DNA of 64,000 bases from Nitrospinota bacterium (lineage in GTDB: Bacteria > UBA8248). The notes beneath the pieces are model-generated. The model was not told the DNA's origin and made no database searches. It saw only the letters and a list, made by a program, of their open reading frames with translations. The DNA lies in the NCBI GenBank assembly GCA_030754595.1, contig JASLZZ010000111.1, positions 1 through 64,000 on the forward strand, read 5' to 3'. This document shows, piece after piece, positions 10,003-20,282 of the stretch (the first letter of the stretch is position 1; every line of letters starts with the position of its first letter). A program made the translations under genes and the position numbers.

Positions 10003-10605
10003 ATGAAAAACCTCTTTTTCGCCGCCGCGCTTGCCGCCCTGATTTTCACAGGAGCCGGGGCCCAGCCGAAAAAAGCCGGCGGCCGGACCGACCTGAAAGG
10101 AGCCCGCCTCAGCGAAACCGATTTCAGCGGGGCCAACCTCAGGGGAGCCGACCTGAGAAAAACCGACTTCAAGGCGGCCGACCTGAGCGGCGCCGACCTC
10201 AGGGGAGCCCACCTTCGCAGGGCAAATCTCCTCGGAGCCAACCTCAGGGCGGCCGATCTGCGCAGGGCCGACCTCCGCAGGACTTCCTTCAGCGCGGCCG
10301 ACCTCAGGGGTGCCGACCTGAGAAGAACCGATCTCAGGGGGGCGTACCTCGAGGAGACCAAGCTCGGCGGGGCCAAGCTCGGAGAGGCCAGCCTCGACGG
10401 GGCGGTGCTCATCGGGGCCGACCTTGACGGGGCCGATCTGAAGGATGCCGGCCTGGACGGGGCCAACCTCAGGGAGGCCAGGCTCGGAGGAGCCTTGAAC
10501 CTGCACCAGGTGCAGGTGGACCGAGCCTGTATTAGCGATGAAACCAGGCTGCCCCGGAGCATTAAAAGGCGGGAGGCGTATCCTGCCTGTGACCGGTGGA
10601 ACTGA
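10003..10605 (+). CDS. Secreted pentapeptide-repeat protein
   Basis: Signal peptide followed by many A(D/N)L(R/S)X repeats. Confidence 0.9.
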   Translation: MKNLFFAAALAALIFTGAGAQPKKAGGRTDLKGARLSETDFSGANLRGADLRKTDFKAADLSGADLRGAHLRRANLLGANLRAADLRRADLRRTSFSAADLRGADLRRTDLRGAYLEETKLGGAKLGEASLDGAVLIGADLDGADLKDAGLDGANLREARLGGALNLHQVQVDRACISDETRLPRSIKRREAYPACDRWN

Positions 10606-10684
10606 CCCGCCGGAAACCCGAAAACCATTCCCGCGCCTCGCCCAATCGACTATGATGAATAAGTCCATTCAAGAGGAGACCTTC

Positions 10685-11551
10685 ATGTCCGACCCCGCTG
10701 CCATCCTCAGCGCTCGCCTCGACGCGCCGGGCATCATCACCGCCCCCGGAGTGAGCGACGGGCTCTCGGCCCAGATGGCGGCGGAGGCCGGCTTCGACGT
10801 GCTCTACATGACGGGAGCGGGCGTCTCGCTGGGCACCTTCGGAGCGCCCGACGTGGGGCTGCTCACCCTGACCGAGATGGCCGCCGCCTGCGCGCGGATC
10901 ACCTCGGCCACCGATCTTCCCCTCATCGCCGACGCCGACACCGGTTACGGAAACGCGGTGAACCTGACCCGGACGGTCGAGGAGTTCATCCGCGCCGGGG
11001 CCGCCGGGATTCAGATCGAGGATCAGGAGACGCCCAAGAAATGCGGCCACCTCGAGGGTAAGCGGGTGGTTCCCGCCGAGGAGATGGCCCTCAAGATCGA
11101 GGCCGCCCGCGCCGCGCGGGGGGACTCGGGGCTCGTGATCGTCGCGCGGACCGACGCCCGCCAGTCCCTCGGGATGGACGAGGCTATTAACCGCTGCCGC
11201 CTTTACCGTGAAGCGGGGGCGGACGTTCTTTTTCTGGAGGCGCCCCGGGGCGAGGACGAGATCGCCCGCGTCCCCCGGGAGCTGGACGCCCCCTGCCTGA
11301 TGAACATGGCGGGGAAATCCGTGCGCATCCCGGTCAAAAAGCTCGAGGCGTTCGGCTACAAGATCGCCATCTTTCCGGGCGAGGCCCAGCGCGCGAGCGC
11401 CTTCGCCATGCGCGAGGTCTTCGAAACCCTCCGCGAAGAAGGCGGGGTCGAGTCGATCGAGAGCCGACTCATCGATTTCGAGGAGCGCTTCCGGATCGCC
11501 GGCTACGGCGAGATTCAAAGGCTCGAGGAAAAATACCTGCCCAAGGGGTGA
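10685..11551 (+). CDS. Isocitrate lyase/PEP mutase family enzyme (PrpB/oxaloacetate decarboxylase-like)
   Basis: DADTGYG, IEDQ, KKCGH, ARTDA; GAGGAG before ATG 10685. Confidence 0.9.
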   Translation: MSDPAAILSARLDAPGIITAPGVSDGLSAQMAAEAGFDVLYMTGAGVSLGTFGAPDVGLLTLTEMAAACARITSATDLPLIADADTGYGNAVNLTRTVEEFIRAGAAGIQIEDQETPKKCGHLEGKRVVPAEEMALKIEAARAARGDSGLVIVARTDARQSLGMDEAINRCRLYREAGADVLFLEAPRGEDEIARVPRELDAPCLMNMAGKSVRIPVKKLEAFGYKIAIFPGEAQRASAFAMREVFETLREEGGVESIESRLIDFEERFRIAGYGEIQRLEEKYLPKG

Positions 11552-11584
11552 GTGGCGAGGCGAGCATCGCGCCTAGGGCATAAT

Positions 11585-12626
11585 TTATCCATCGTCACTA
11601 ACCACATCGTAGCTGCCGGGAAGGTTTTGAGGGTGATAGTTGTTGTCGGGATTGTTCATTCGATCTCGCGCGCTTACATGCACTTTGACTTTTTGAGCCG
11701 ATACCTCGCCCCACATATTCAAAATGTTCCTTTCTTCAATGGCGATATAACAACCCTTTGAATCATACAGCTTGCTGTTTTCGTCCGGAGAAATGCTTCC
11801 CCAAATCTCGGGCGATACCTTGAGGTCATGTTTCACGGCCCGCAAAAGCATCCACCGCAACGTGATGTCGGATAGGCCCTGAAGCACATATCCGCCCTCC
11901 ACGTTTGAATAAACACCAGGAAACCATACCTGCTCAATGACCTGATCTTGTTTTTGCCTTTCATCCCACAGTCTCGGATAAAAGGACTTTCGCTTGTCGT
12001 CGATTGAAATCGCATGATAGGCAAAGCTGACTTTTTCGCTCAGTTTGGTGTCATGAAAAGAAATAATCCTTCGTTTGAATCCTATTTTCCTCAATGAAAA
12101 ATTAGCCCACTTTTTTACAAAATCCGGGAGGCCCACGGAGCCCACCGTATCCCACGCGCTGATAAAATGAATATCTTTTACCAACTCTCCCGATTGATCT
12201 TTGTGCGAGTGCGCAGATGCAAATTTTTGAACTGTCGGCGTAGCGGCCTTTTCTTGATAAAGGTCAAAAGCCTCATTCACTTTTTCGGCATATTTCCTTT
12301 TCAGGATTCCACACCGGCCAGTAAGCCCCCCCCAGGCCTCTTGCCGTAAAGGCCCCCCGACTGAAGCCGAACAGAAATATCGAATCTCCGGGTTGATAGT
12401 GATAGACGATGAACTCATAGCACTCCCGTATATTTTTGGCCAACCCCTTCACAAAAGCCAATCCCATAATTCTCCAAAAGTCCGTCCCGACCCCGCCATC
12501 GTAGAAAGCAACCTGGTCTGTCCTGATTTTTTTCACGGCGTCGTAGGGTTTGCGAACGTTTGTGTCATGGTCTTCAAAAGGCTTATTCCCGGTCCCGTCC
12601 GAGAACACAATAATATTTTTGGGCAT
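11585..12626 (-). pseudogene. DUF2235 (Tle1-like alpha/beta hydrolase), frameshifted
   Basis: N-part KNIIVFSDGTGN...FGFSRGAFTAR; C-part WDTVGSVG...HAISIDD...QVWFPGVYSNVEGGY; one extra G in G8 run (12326-12333); AT-richer DNA. Confidence 0.85.
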
Positions 12627-12930
12627 CCCGTTCCCCTTCACAGAAGACTTTCAAAACAAGTTGCCATATAGTATATTATTACTTTCTGGCTATAATAATA
12701 TCATAAATTTATGTTCGTTTTCATCACTTCGGGGCCGTGGGCCACCCGCACCATCACCACCCAAAACGCACATCAAATTCACGTTGTGAATCACGCTTTC
12801 GCGCCGTATCGTGTTGTTTCCAGTTGTTTCCAGTTGCTTCTTGTAATTTCATGCAGATCTCCTTTTTGGGGTATCCCATATCCTTCCTCTGGCCGAGGGC
12901 GATTCCGCCCGCGGCCGGAGGGAGCGGGAT

Positions 12931-13677
12931 ATGGCGAATATCGAGATCGGAGCCGAGGGCGGCGATGTCGCCAAAATCCAGGGGCGGCTGCTCGAGAACA
13001 TCGCGGGGAGCCTATCTCCCTCGGTCGATGTCGCCGCCCTGGTTTTTCATTTCCACACGGCGTTCGGGGGAGGGGTACGTTGGCGGCTCGGCCGTCGCGG
13101 CCTCGAGGTCGAAAACTCGGGGGTCGAACGGACGCGGGGGGCGCCAACAACAGTCAAACGCGTGTGGGACGAATTCGGCGGCCCCATCGAGCGATGGGCC
13201 GGACGCTACCAGGTTCCCGCCGAGTTGATCCTCGCCACCATCTGCATCGAAAGCGGCGGCCGGCCCGATCGGGTCCGGCTCGAGCCCGGATACGTCTCTG
13301 ACGATAGGACGCCGGGGAAGGTCTCGCCCGGCCTGATGCAGACGCTTATCTCAACCGCCAGTTGGATGATGGAAAATGAAAACGCCGGGGAGACCATCGG
13401 CCGGAGCTGGCTGCTCGAGCCGGACAACTCGATACGCGCGGGGGCGGCCTACATCGCCCACCAGAAGGGGGCGACGGGCTTCGATCCGCCCAAGGTGGCC
13501 TGCGCCTACAACGCCGGCTCCGTTATCAAGCAAACTGGCGCCGCCAACCGGTGGAAAATGAGACAATACCCCATCGGCACCCCGGAGCACGCCGACCGGT
13601 TCGTGAAATGGTTCAACGATTTTTTCTCGCTGCTCGACTCGGAGCAGATACAGGCCTCGGCCGGATATTTTATCTAG
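12931..13677 (+). CDS. Lytic transglycosylase (SLT domain) protein
   Basis: ILATICIESGG (catalytic E), GLMQ, AYNAG. Confidence 0.85.
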   Translation: MANIEIGAEGGDVAKIQGRLLENIAGSLSPSVDVAALVFHFHTAFGGGVRWRLGRRGLEVENSGVERTRGAPTTVKRVWDEFGGPIERWAGRYQVPAELILATICIESGGRPDRVRLEPGYVSDDRTPGKVSPGLMQTLISTASWMMENENAGETIGRSWLLEPDNSIRAGAAYIAHQKGATGFDPPKVACAYNAGSVIKQTGAANRWKMRQYPIGTPEHADRFVKWFNDFFSLLDSEQIQASAGYFI

Positions 13678-13738
13678 CGCGTTTTCTTTGGGTGGGGTAG
13701 GAATGTCCCCTGCACGGGGCATTCACCTTGAAGGGGAC

Positions 13739-15271
13739 CTACCTCGGGGTGGGGGGGCCTTTGGGCTTGCGGCCTCCGGGCTTGCGGCCCCTTCTGCCCG
13801 GCATGGCGGGGTCCGAGAGGCGTAGGTCTCTTTCGGGCGGCTCGCCGGGCACCCCCAGCGTCCGGCCAAGCCGCTCGGCGAGAATATCCTCCCGGCGGCT
13901 GAGACGCCGGGCAATCTCTTCCTCGAAGCCCCTGCCGGTAGGCTCGTAGAAGCGCGTACCGCGAAGGCCGTCGGGGAGGCCTTCCATCTCGACAACGGCG
14001 TCGTCGAACTGGTGGGCGTGCTGGTAGCCCTTCCCGTAATCGAGCTCCTTCATCAGATCGGTGGGCGCGTTGCGCAGGTGTTTGGGCACCGGCTCGGCGG
14101 GGCGCTCGTCGATGGCGCGCTTGACCCGGCCGTAGGCGCGGTAGACGGCGTCGCTCTTGGGCGCGGCGGCGAGGTAGACGGCGAGCTCGGCAATGGCGAG
14201 CTTGCCCTCGGGCAGGCCGATGAAATGAAACGCCTGCTGGGCCGCCATGGCGATCTGAAGCGCCTGGGGGTCGGCGAGGCCGACGTCCTCCGAGGCGAAG
14301 CGCACCAGGCGGCGGAGGATGTACATCGGGTCCTCGCCCGCCTCAAGCATCCGGCCCAGCCAGTAGAGGGCCCCGTCGGCGTCCGAGCTTCGCAGGGTTT
14401 TGTGCAGGGCGCTGATGAGGTTGAAATGCTCTTCGCCCGATTTATCGTAGAGAAGGGTCCGCCGCTGGGCCGCCTCGGCGACCTCGGCTTCGCCGATGGA
14501 GGGGGCTTCGCCCTCGGGGCCGCCGAGCGAAGATTCGTCCAGGGCGATGGCAGAGGCGAGCTCCAGGATATTCAGAGCCGTGCGGGCGTCCCCGCTCGAC
14601 AGTGATGCAATACGCCGCAGGGCGTCGTCCTCGACGCGGAGGGCTGCGCCTCCCAGACCGCGCTCTTTGTCCCCGAGCGCGCTGGTCAGTAGCGCGAGGA
14701 TCGAATCCTCCCCGAGCGCCTCGAGAACAAACACGCGCGCGCGGGAGATCAGCGCCGGGATAATCTCAAAAGAGGGATTTTCCGTCGTCGCCCCGATGAG
14801 GGTGACGGTGCCATCCTCGACGGCGGGCAGGAGGCCGTCCTGCTGAGCCTTGTTGAAGCGGTGAATCTCGTCGATAAAAAGGATGGTCTTGCGCCCCCGG
14901 CGGCGCATCGCCCGCGCCTCCTCCAGCCCGGCGCGGAGGTCCTTCACCCCGTGGAGGACGGCGCTCAGGGTGATGAAGTGCGCCCCAGTCCGGGCGGCGA
15001 TGATTCGCGCGAGGGTGGTTTTGCCAGTTCCCGGCGGGCCCCAGAAAATCACCGAGCGCACCTCGTCGCGCTCGATCGCCCGGCGGAGGACCTTGCCCGG
15101 CCCGAGGAGATGATCCTGGCCCAGCACCTCGTCGATACTGCGCGGGCGCATCCGGTCGGCGAGGGGAGCGTCCTTGCCGGGGCCCCCGGGCGGATCGCCC
15201 TCGGATGGGCCTCTACCGGAAGGCTCTGTCAGCGATTCGCCTCCGGGAGAATCGAATAGCTCCATTTCCAT
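13739..15271 (-). CDS. rarA: Replication-associated recombination protein A (MgsA)
   Basis: PLADRMRP, WGPPGTGKTT, DEIHRFNKAQQD, GATTENP, ASEDVGLADP; AAGGAG before ATG 15271. Confidence 0.95.
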   Translation of the reverse strand: MEMELFDSPGGESLTEPSGRGPSEGDPPGGPGKDAPLADRMRPRSIDEVLGQDHLLGPGKVLRRAIERDEVRSVIFWGPPGTGKTTLARIIAARTGAHFITLSAVLHGVKDLRAGLEEARAMRRRGRKTILFIDEIHRFNKAQQDGLLPAVEDGTVTLIGATTENPSFEIIPALISRARVFVLEALGEDSILALLTSALGDKERGLGGAALRVEDDALRRIASLSSGDARTALNILELASAIALDESSLGGPEGEAPSIGEAEVAEAAQRRTLLYDKSGEEHFNLISALHKTLRSSDADGALYWLGRMLEAGEDPMYILRRLVRFASEDVGLADPQALQIAMAAQQAFHFIGLPEGKLAIAELAVYLAAAPKSDAVYRAYGRVKRAIDERPAEPVPKHLRNAPTDLMKELDYGKGYQHAHQFDDAVVEMEGLPDGLRGTRFYEPTGRGFEEEIARRLSRREDILAERLGRTLGVPGEPPERDLRLSDPAMPGRRGRKPGGRKPKGPPTPR

Positions 15272-15464
15272 GATTTCGCTCCTTGCCCGCCTGCGGCCAT
15301 AGACCGCCTGCCGTGGGCAGCAGGCTGCGGGCAGCTGGTTGCCGGCTACCCATATCCTAACACCAGATCGGCCGGGCCGCCCCGCCTTGACGCGGCCTGC
15401 GCCGCAGGTTATCAGGAGGCGTCTTTTCTCTCCAAATCCTATGACTTTCCTTGGAGGCCTTATT

Positions 15465-15854
15465 ATGGAAAAAAAAGTAATCCACACCGATAAAGCCGCT
15501 TCCGGCAAGGTGCCACTCTCCCAGGCCATCGCGGTGGGCGAGTGGCTTTACTGCTCGGGGCAGCTTCCCATCGACCCGGCGACGGGCGAGCTCGTACCGG
15601 GCGGCGCGGGCCCCCAGACGCGCCGGATCATCGAGAATCTCAAGGCCGTCTGCGAGGAGGCGGGCACCTCGCTCTCAAACGCGGTCAAGGTCACGATCTT
15701 CATGGCCGACCTCGGCGACCTCAAGGAGATGAACGACGTGTTCGAGGAATACTTCGGCATCGACGACCCCCCGGCGCGGACGACCTTCCAGGCCGGAGGC
15801 ATCATCGCGGGCGCCAGGCTCGAGATCGAGCTCACCGCCTTCATCCCGCAATAG
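15465..15854 (+). CDS. ridA: RidA/YjgF family enamine deaminase
   Basis: SQAI, SGQLPIDP, PARTT; GGAGG SD. Confidence 0.88.
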   Translation: MEKKVIHTDKAASGKVPLSQAIAVGEWLYCSGQLPIDPATGELVPGGAGPQTRRIIENLKAVCEEAGTSLSNAVKVTIFMADLGDLKEMNDVFEEYFGIDDPPARTTFQAGGIIAGARLEIELTAFIPQ

Positions 15855-15866
15855 GGGACCTGGCAG

Positions 15867-16406
15867 ATGAAAAACCCGCAGGTGGGCATCGTCATGGGAA
15901 GCGCCTCTGATCTCGAGGCGATGGAGGCGGCGGCGGACGCGCTCGAGGAGTTGAGAGTGTCGTGCGAGATGCGCGTCCTCTCGGCCCACCGCACCCCGGA
16001 GGAGGTCCACGAGTACGTCCGGGAGGCCCCCGGCCGGGGGATCCGCGTCCTCATCGCGGGCGCGGGGATGGCCGCCCATCTCGCCGGGATGGTGGGGGCC
16101 GCCACCGACCTGCCCGTCATCGGCGTGCCCATGGACGCGTCCTCGCTCAACGGGCTCGACGCCCTGCTCTCGACGGTGCAGATGCCGCCCGGAATCCCGG
16201 TGGCGACAATGGGCATCGGCTCCGCCGGGGCGCGCAACGCCGGCCTTTTCGCCGCGCGAATCCTCGCCCTCTCGGACCCGGCCATCGCCAAGCGCTACCG
16301 CAAATTCGCCCAAGGGCAGCACGATAAAGTCCTCAAGGCGGACCGGAAGCTTCAAAAACAGCGGGCCGCCCGGAAAAAGTCACCCAAACGCGCCGCTCGG
16401 AAGTAG
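15867..16406 (+). CDS. purE: N5-carboxyaminoimidazole ribonucleotide mutase
   Basis: VMGSASD, SAHRTP, AGMAAHL, VQMPPGIPVAT. Confidence 0.96.
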   Translation: MKNPQVGIVMGSASDLEAMEAAADALEELRVSCEMRVLSAHRTPEEVHEYVREAPGRGIRVLIAGAGMAAHLAGMVGAATDLPVIGVPMDASSLNGLDALLSTVQMPPGIPVATMGIGSAGARNAGLFAARILALSDPAIAKRYRKFAQGQHDKVLKADRKLQKQRAARKKSPKRAARK

Positions 16407-16411
16407 CCCCC

Positions 16412-17050
16412 GTGGCGGAGATTCTCCCCGTCCGGCCGGATGCGCCGGATGAGACCGCTGTGCGCCGCGCCGACGCCGCCCTCCGCGAGGGGGAGGTGGT
16501 GGCACTCCCCACCGACACGATATACGGCCTCTGCGCCCGTGCGGAGGACGCCAAGGCCGCCGAAAAACTTTACGAAATTAAGGGACGGGGGGCGGAGAAG
16601 GGTGCGCCGATCCTCATCGGCCGCCTCGATCAGCTCTCCCTGCTGACCCGTCCACTCCACGAAAATATCTGGGAAAAACTCTATCTTCTTTGGCCGGGAC
16701 CGCTGACCCTCATCCTGCCGGCGGGTGAGAATATCTCCCCCCTCCTGACCGGGGGGGGCGGGGGAGTGGCCGTCCGGTACCCGGAGCAGGCACTCTGCCA
16801 GGCCCTCGCGCGGGCGGCGGGGCCCTTCGCCGCGACGAGCGCGAACGCGCCCGGCGAGGCGCCGTTGACGGGGGCCGCCGCCATCGAGGAGCGCTTCGGC
16901 GGGGCTCTCGGGCTCATCCTCGACGGCGGGATTTTGGGCGAAAAAGCGGCTCCTTCCACCGTGGTGGACGTACTGGGGGAGACCCCGAACCTGATTCGGG
17001 AGGGCGCTTATCCGTTCGGTGTTGTCGTAAAAGCCTGGGAGGGTGTCTGA
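16412..17050 (+). CDS. tsaC: L-threonylcarbamoyladenylate synthase (Sua5/YrdC)
   Basis: PTDTIYGL, IKGR, WPGPLT, TSAN, PSTVVD. Confidence 0.92.
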   Translation: MAEILPVRPDAPDETAVRRADAALREGEVVALPTDTIYGLCARAEDAKAAEKLYEIKGRGAEKGAPILIGRLDQLSLLTRPLHENIWEKLYLLWPGPLTLILPAGENISPLLTGGGGGVAVRYPEQALCQALARAAGPFAATSANAPGEAPLTGAAAIEERFGGALGLILDGGILGEKAAPSTVVDVLGETPNLIREGAYPFGVVVKAWEGV

Positions 17051-17062
17051 GCGGCGGCGGAC

Positions 17063-17362
17063 TTATTCGGGCTCCGGAAACTCGATGACGACGTTCCCCT
17101 CGCTTTTGATCACGCACTGGCAGGCGAGGCGAAATTCGTCCGGATCCCAACCGTAGGCGTCCAGGGTGTCTCGCTCGTCCTCATCCTGGGAGGACAGGAT
17201 CGCTCCCCCCGAGATGACGATCACCTTGCAGGTCGAGCAGGCGCAGTTACCGCCGCAATCGCAAGGATGCTCGATGTCATTGTCCAGATTGCTTTCAAGG
17301 ATGGTGCTACCCACTTCGGCCTCAACCGTTTCGTCGGTAACTTTATTTTGAATCGATGCCAA
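17063..17362 (-). CDS. [2Fe-2S] ferredoxin (adrenodoxin/ISC type)
   Basis: CGGNCACSTC...RLACQ; acidic; GGGGAG before TTG 17362. Confidence 0.88.
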   Translation of the reverse strand: MASIQNKVTDETVEAEVGSTILESNLDNDIEHPCDCGGNCACSTCKVIVISGGAILSSQDEDERDTLDAYGWDPDEFRLACQCVIKSEGNVVIEFPEPE

Positions 17363-17493
17363 TTCATTTCTCCCCCGGACGCGCCTCTCCGGACACCCCG
17401 GTCCATAAACGCCCGCTCCCAAGGGGCGGGCGCCGGCCAAAAGATTCGGTTAGCTCGATTTCGAAAAGGGTTCGTCGAACGGGCAAGAATTTT

Positions 17494-18129
17494 CTAGTAA
17501 TCGTCGTCGTCGTCCGTAGCGATATTTCTCGCAGCTTCCTGCCATTGCCGTTTGAAGCTGTAGGCGACGATTTCCTCGCGGTCGTCCTCGTTGATCACCT
17601 CAAACGCTATCGCCGTCTCCATCGCCCGTTTGCCCGAGGAAAGCCGAATCGGACTGGCCTTTACGATTTTTCCGACAGACACGACGATGACCGGGTGAAG
17701 CGGCGGAAGGGTGAGCACCAGTTTCGCTAAGGCGCCCCGCTTCACCTTCTGGGCTGTGATCATCCTCATCCCGCCGGCCGAAATGTCCACGCACATCGCT
17801 TTGTTCAACTTCTTCACGTCCTCGGGCGAAGCGCCCGTCGCCTTGAGAACCTCGTCGAGCTTGTCCTCGAACAATTTGAAGGCGCGCATGGTCTGCTGGA
17901 ACATCATAATCTGCGCCGGTGGAACGCCCATCGACATGAACGCATCGGCGCCGCCGCCCGGGCCGTCCGAGCGCTCCGAGGTGCGCGCATCAAGGAACAT
18001 CGGCTTGAGGAGCTGAAGTTCCTTGTCCGTGATGATTTCGTACTCGATTGGAAATCTCTCGGCTGTCCGGGCGGTGTTCCGGGCCTGCCCGCTGTCCTGT
18101 CCTATCGTATCGAAATCTTCATTGGTCAT
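17494..18129 (-). CDS. PilZ domain protein
   Basis: RTAER (RxxxR), DISAGG, C-terminal DREEIVAY. Confidence 0.8.
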   Translation of the reverse strand: MTNEDFDTIGQDSGQARNTARTAERFPIEYEIITDKELQLLKPMFLDARTSERSDGPGGGADAFMSMGVPPAQIMMFQQTMRAFKLFEDKLDEVLKATGASPEDVKKLNKAMCVDISAGGMRMITAQKVKRGALAKLVLTLPPLHPVIVVSVGKIVKASPIRLSSGKRAMETAIAFEVINEDDREEIVAYSFKRQWQEAARNIATDDDDDY

Positions 18130-18147
18130 TTTTCGATTCCCGGTTTG

Positions 18148-18828
18148 TTAGTCGATTTGGCGGACGCGCGCCAACTCCCGTTGCTGCCTTCTAACAAAAG
18201 AGCTTACTTCCTCCCGATCCTCTTCGTGTATGCCGGCGAACTCACAAGCCGACTCGTTGAGCGAATCCACCAGTGGAGGAAGAAGTCGGACCACCCGCCC
18301 CAACGCCTCAATATACATCGGATAGGGGTCGCGAATATTAATCATGATATTCAAAAAATCGCCCTGGCCGAAAACCCCGGGCGAGCCCAGGAGTATCCCG
18401 CCGCCGGAGAGGTCTCGGACGTGGCCCATTTCCATTGACGGTCTGGCCGGAATCCGGACGGCCTGGCGCGCATCAATCAGCGGGGCCCCGAGAAGCCGGT
18501 CGATTTTCTCCTCGATGCGGTCGAGCCTTTCCATAATCGCTCCGGCCATCTTTCCGGAATCCTCTTTCGGGGACGCCTTCGGGACCTCCGGGACCGGGCT
18601 AGCGCGGCCGCGCGTCGGGGTGGCCATGTAGGCGGAATAGAGCGAATTGAACTCCTTTTCGGAAATTACCGCAAACTGGCAGGGAAAGGACACCTCCACC
18701 CGCGAAAACGAGCAGTTGGCCACACTTTTTTGCCAGAAACTGAACTTTTCCTTAAAGATATCCGCAAAAAACCCGCCCCCGGCCTCCGCGCTGTCATCTG
18801 GAAAATTCATCCGGGAATCGAGACTCAA
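18148..18828 (-). CDS. PilZ domain protein
   Basis: DLSGGG, GRVVR, EEDREEVSSFV; RxxxR degenerate (CSFSR). Confidence 0.78.
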   Translation of the reverse strand: MSLDSRMNFPDDSAEAGGGFFADIFKEKFSFWQKSVANCSFSRVEVSFPCQFAVISEKEFNSLYSAYMATPTRGRASPVPEVPKASPKEDSGKMAGAIMERLDRIEEKIDRLLGAPLIDARQAVRIPARPSMEMGHVRDLSGGGILLGSPGVFGQGDFLNIMINIRDPYPMYIEALGRVVRLLPPLVDSLNESACEFAGIHEEDREEVSSFVRRQQRELARVRQID

Positions 18829-19517
18829 CTTCCCTGCCCCTCTCTGGAGATGATGATCTCCACCCTGCGGTTCTTGGCCCGGTTCGCCTTGGTCTGGGCA
18901 TACAAGGGCCTGAACTCGGCGTAGCCGACGGCCGAAAATCTTTCGGGACCCACCCCCGCCTCCTCCACCATCACCCGCACCACCGCGGCCGCGCGGGCGG
19001 CGGACAACTCCCAGTTCGAGGGATAACGCCCGCCCCTGGTTTTCGAGCTGTCGGTGTGCCCCTCGACGATGATTTTATAGGGAAGCTTCTTCACCATCAG
19101 CCCCACTTCGAGGATCAGCGGCTTGATGCCTTTCGTCACCCTGGCCCCGCCGGACTTGAAAAGGGCGCCGCCCACGATGTTCAGAACGATTCCCTTCTCG
19201 TTGACTTCGACCTCTACGACGTCCTGCATGTTTCCTTCGTTGATGATTTCCTTGACCTGGTTTCCCAGGTTTTCAAAAGACGCCTCCGATTCTTTCTCGG
19301 CGACCATCAGGGTCTCCGTCGAAACCGGCGCGGCGCCGAGCGCGTCGGCGATCGATTTAATGGCCTGGTCGAACTTCCCGGGGTCGGGACTCGATATCCC
19401 GATGAGAAGAACGAAAAACGTCAGGAGAAGCGCCATCATATCGCCGAAGGTCATGAGCCATTCGGCGGGCTGGTCTGGTTTTTTTTCAGGTGGCGCGGGA
19501 GGTGGCGAATTGGACAT
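18825..19517 (-). CDS. motB: Flagellar stator protein MotB (OmpA-like PG-binding domain)
   Basis: WLMTFGDMMALLLTFFVLL, EGHTD, SNWELSAARA, NRRVEI. Confidence 0.92.
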   Translation of the reverse strand: MSNSPPPAPPEKKPDQPAEWLMTFGDMMALLLTFFVLLIGISSPDPGKFDQAIKSIADALGAAPVSTETLMVAEKESEASFENLGNQVKEIINEGNMQDVVEVEVNEKGIVLNIVGGALFKSGGARVTKGIKPLILEVGLMVKKLPYKIIVEGHTDSSKTRGGRYPSNWELSAARAAAVVRVMVEEAGVGPERFSAVGYAEFRPLYAQTKANRAKNRRVEIIISREGQGS

Positions 19518-19520
19518 GGC

Positions 19521-20282
19521 CTATCCCTCGGCCTGCACGCCCTTCTCGCGGCGGAGCATCCGCTCGAAGTGCTGGATCCGCTGCTCGAGCTCGAGATGCG
19601 CGTTCAGCTTCTGCTCGATCAACCGTGGGTTTTCGCCCTCCTGGATCATCAGGATCCCCTCGATGATGATCCGCACCTGTTGGACTTCCTTCTCGGAGCG
19701 GTTTTCGAGTTTATCGGCGATCGGCAGGAAAAAAGATTCGGGGTGAGAGCGCCGTAGAACGTCGTCACCAGCGCGACCGCCATTCCGGGGCCAAGGTTCT
19801 CGGTGCCGCCCGAGAGGGAGCGCAGCATCGAAATCAGTCCGATCAGGGTGCCGATCAGCCCGAAGGCCGGGGAGAAACGCCCCATGGATTTGAAAATACG
19901 CGCGCCCTCGTCGTGGCGCGACAGAAGGCCGTCGATGACCAGCTGGAGCCCCATGCGCATGATCCGGTTATTGACTTTTTGGGCGTCGTTCTGAAGACTG
20001 AGGATGGATTCCTTCCGGGCCTTGTGGGCCAGCCGGACCACGGCGGCGATATAAGCGCTCGCATCCTAAATCTCGCGCCCGAAGACGTTCTACAGAATCT
20101 TGAACACACCGACGACGCGCTGCAGGGGAAAGGAGATGAGGATCGCCGCAAGCGTTCCCCCGCCGACGATCATGACCGATCCGGGGTCGTAGAAAAGTCC
20201 GATGCCGCCCTGGGAAAGGATAGCGTAGAAAAGCAGGCCCCCACCCACTAGGATTCCGATCGCGGTGGAAACGAGTACTAAT
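19521..20282 (-). pseudogene. motA: Flagellar stator MotA/PomA pseudogene
   Basis: SVMIVGGGTLAA, PAFGLIGTLIGLISML, MAVALVTTFYG, LPIADKL, GENPRLIEQKL. No start codon after GAGGAG; TAG at 20090-92 and 20066-68; apparent in-frame deletion after LVIDG; frameshift at T6 (19729-34). Confidence 0.9.

Noticed and set aside
10090..10490. Repetitive DNA as CRISPR or VNTR
   Set aside because: 15-nt periodicity from pentapeptide codons; no spacers and no cas genes.
18825..20282. motAB as a Zorya (ZorAB) defence system
   Set aside because: MotA is flagellar PomA/MotA-sized with no long ZorA tail, and there is no zorC/D/E; the neighbours are PilZ genes.
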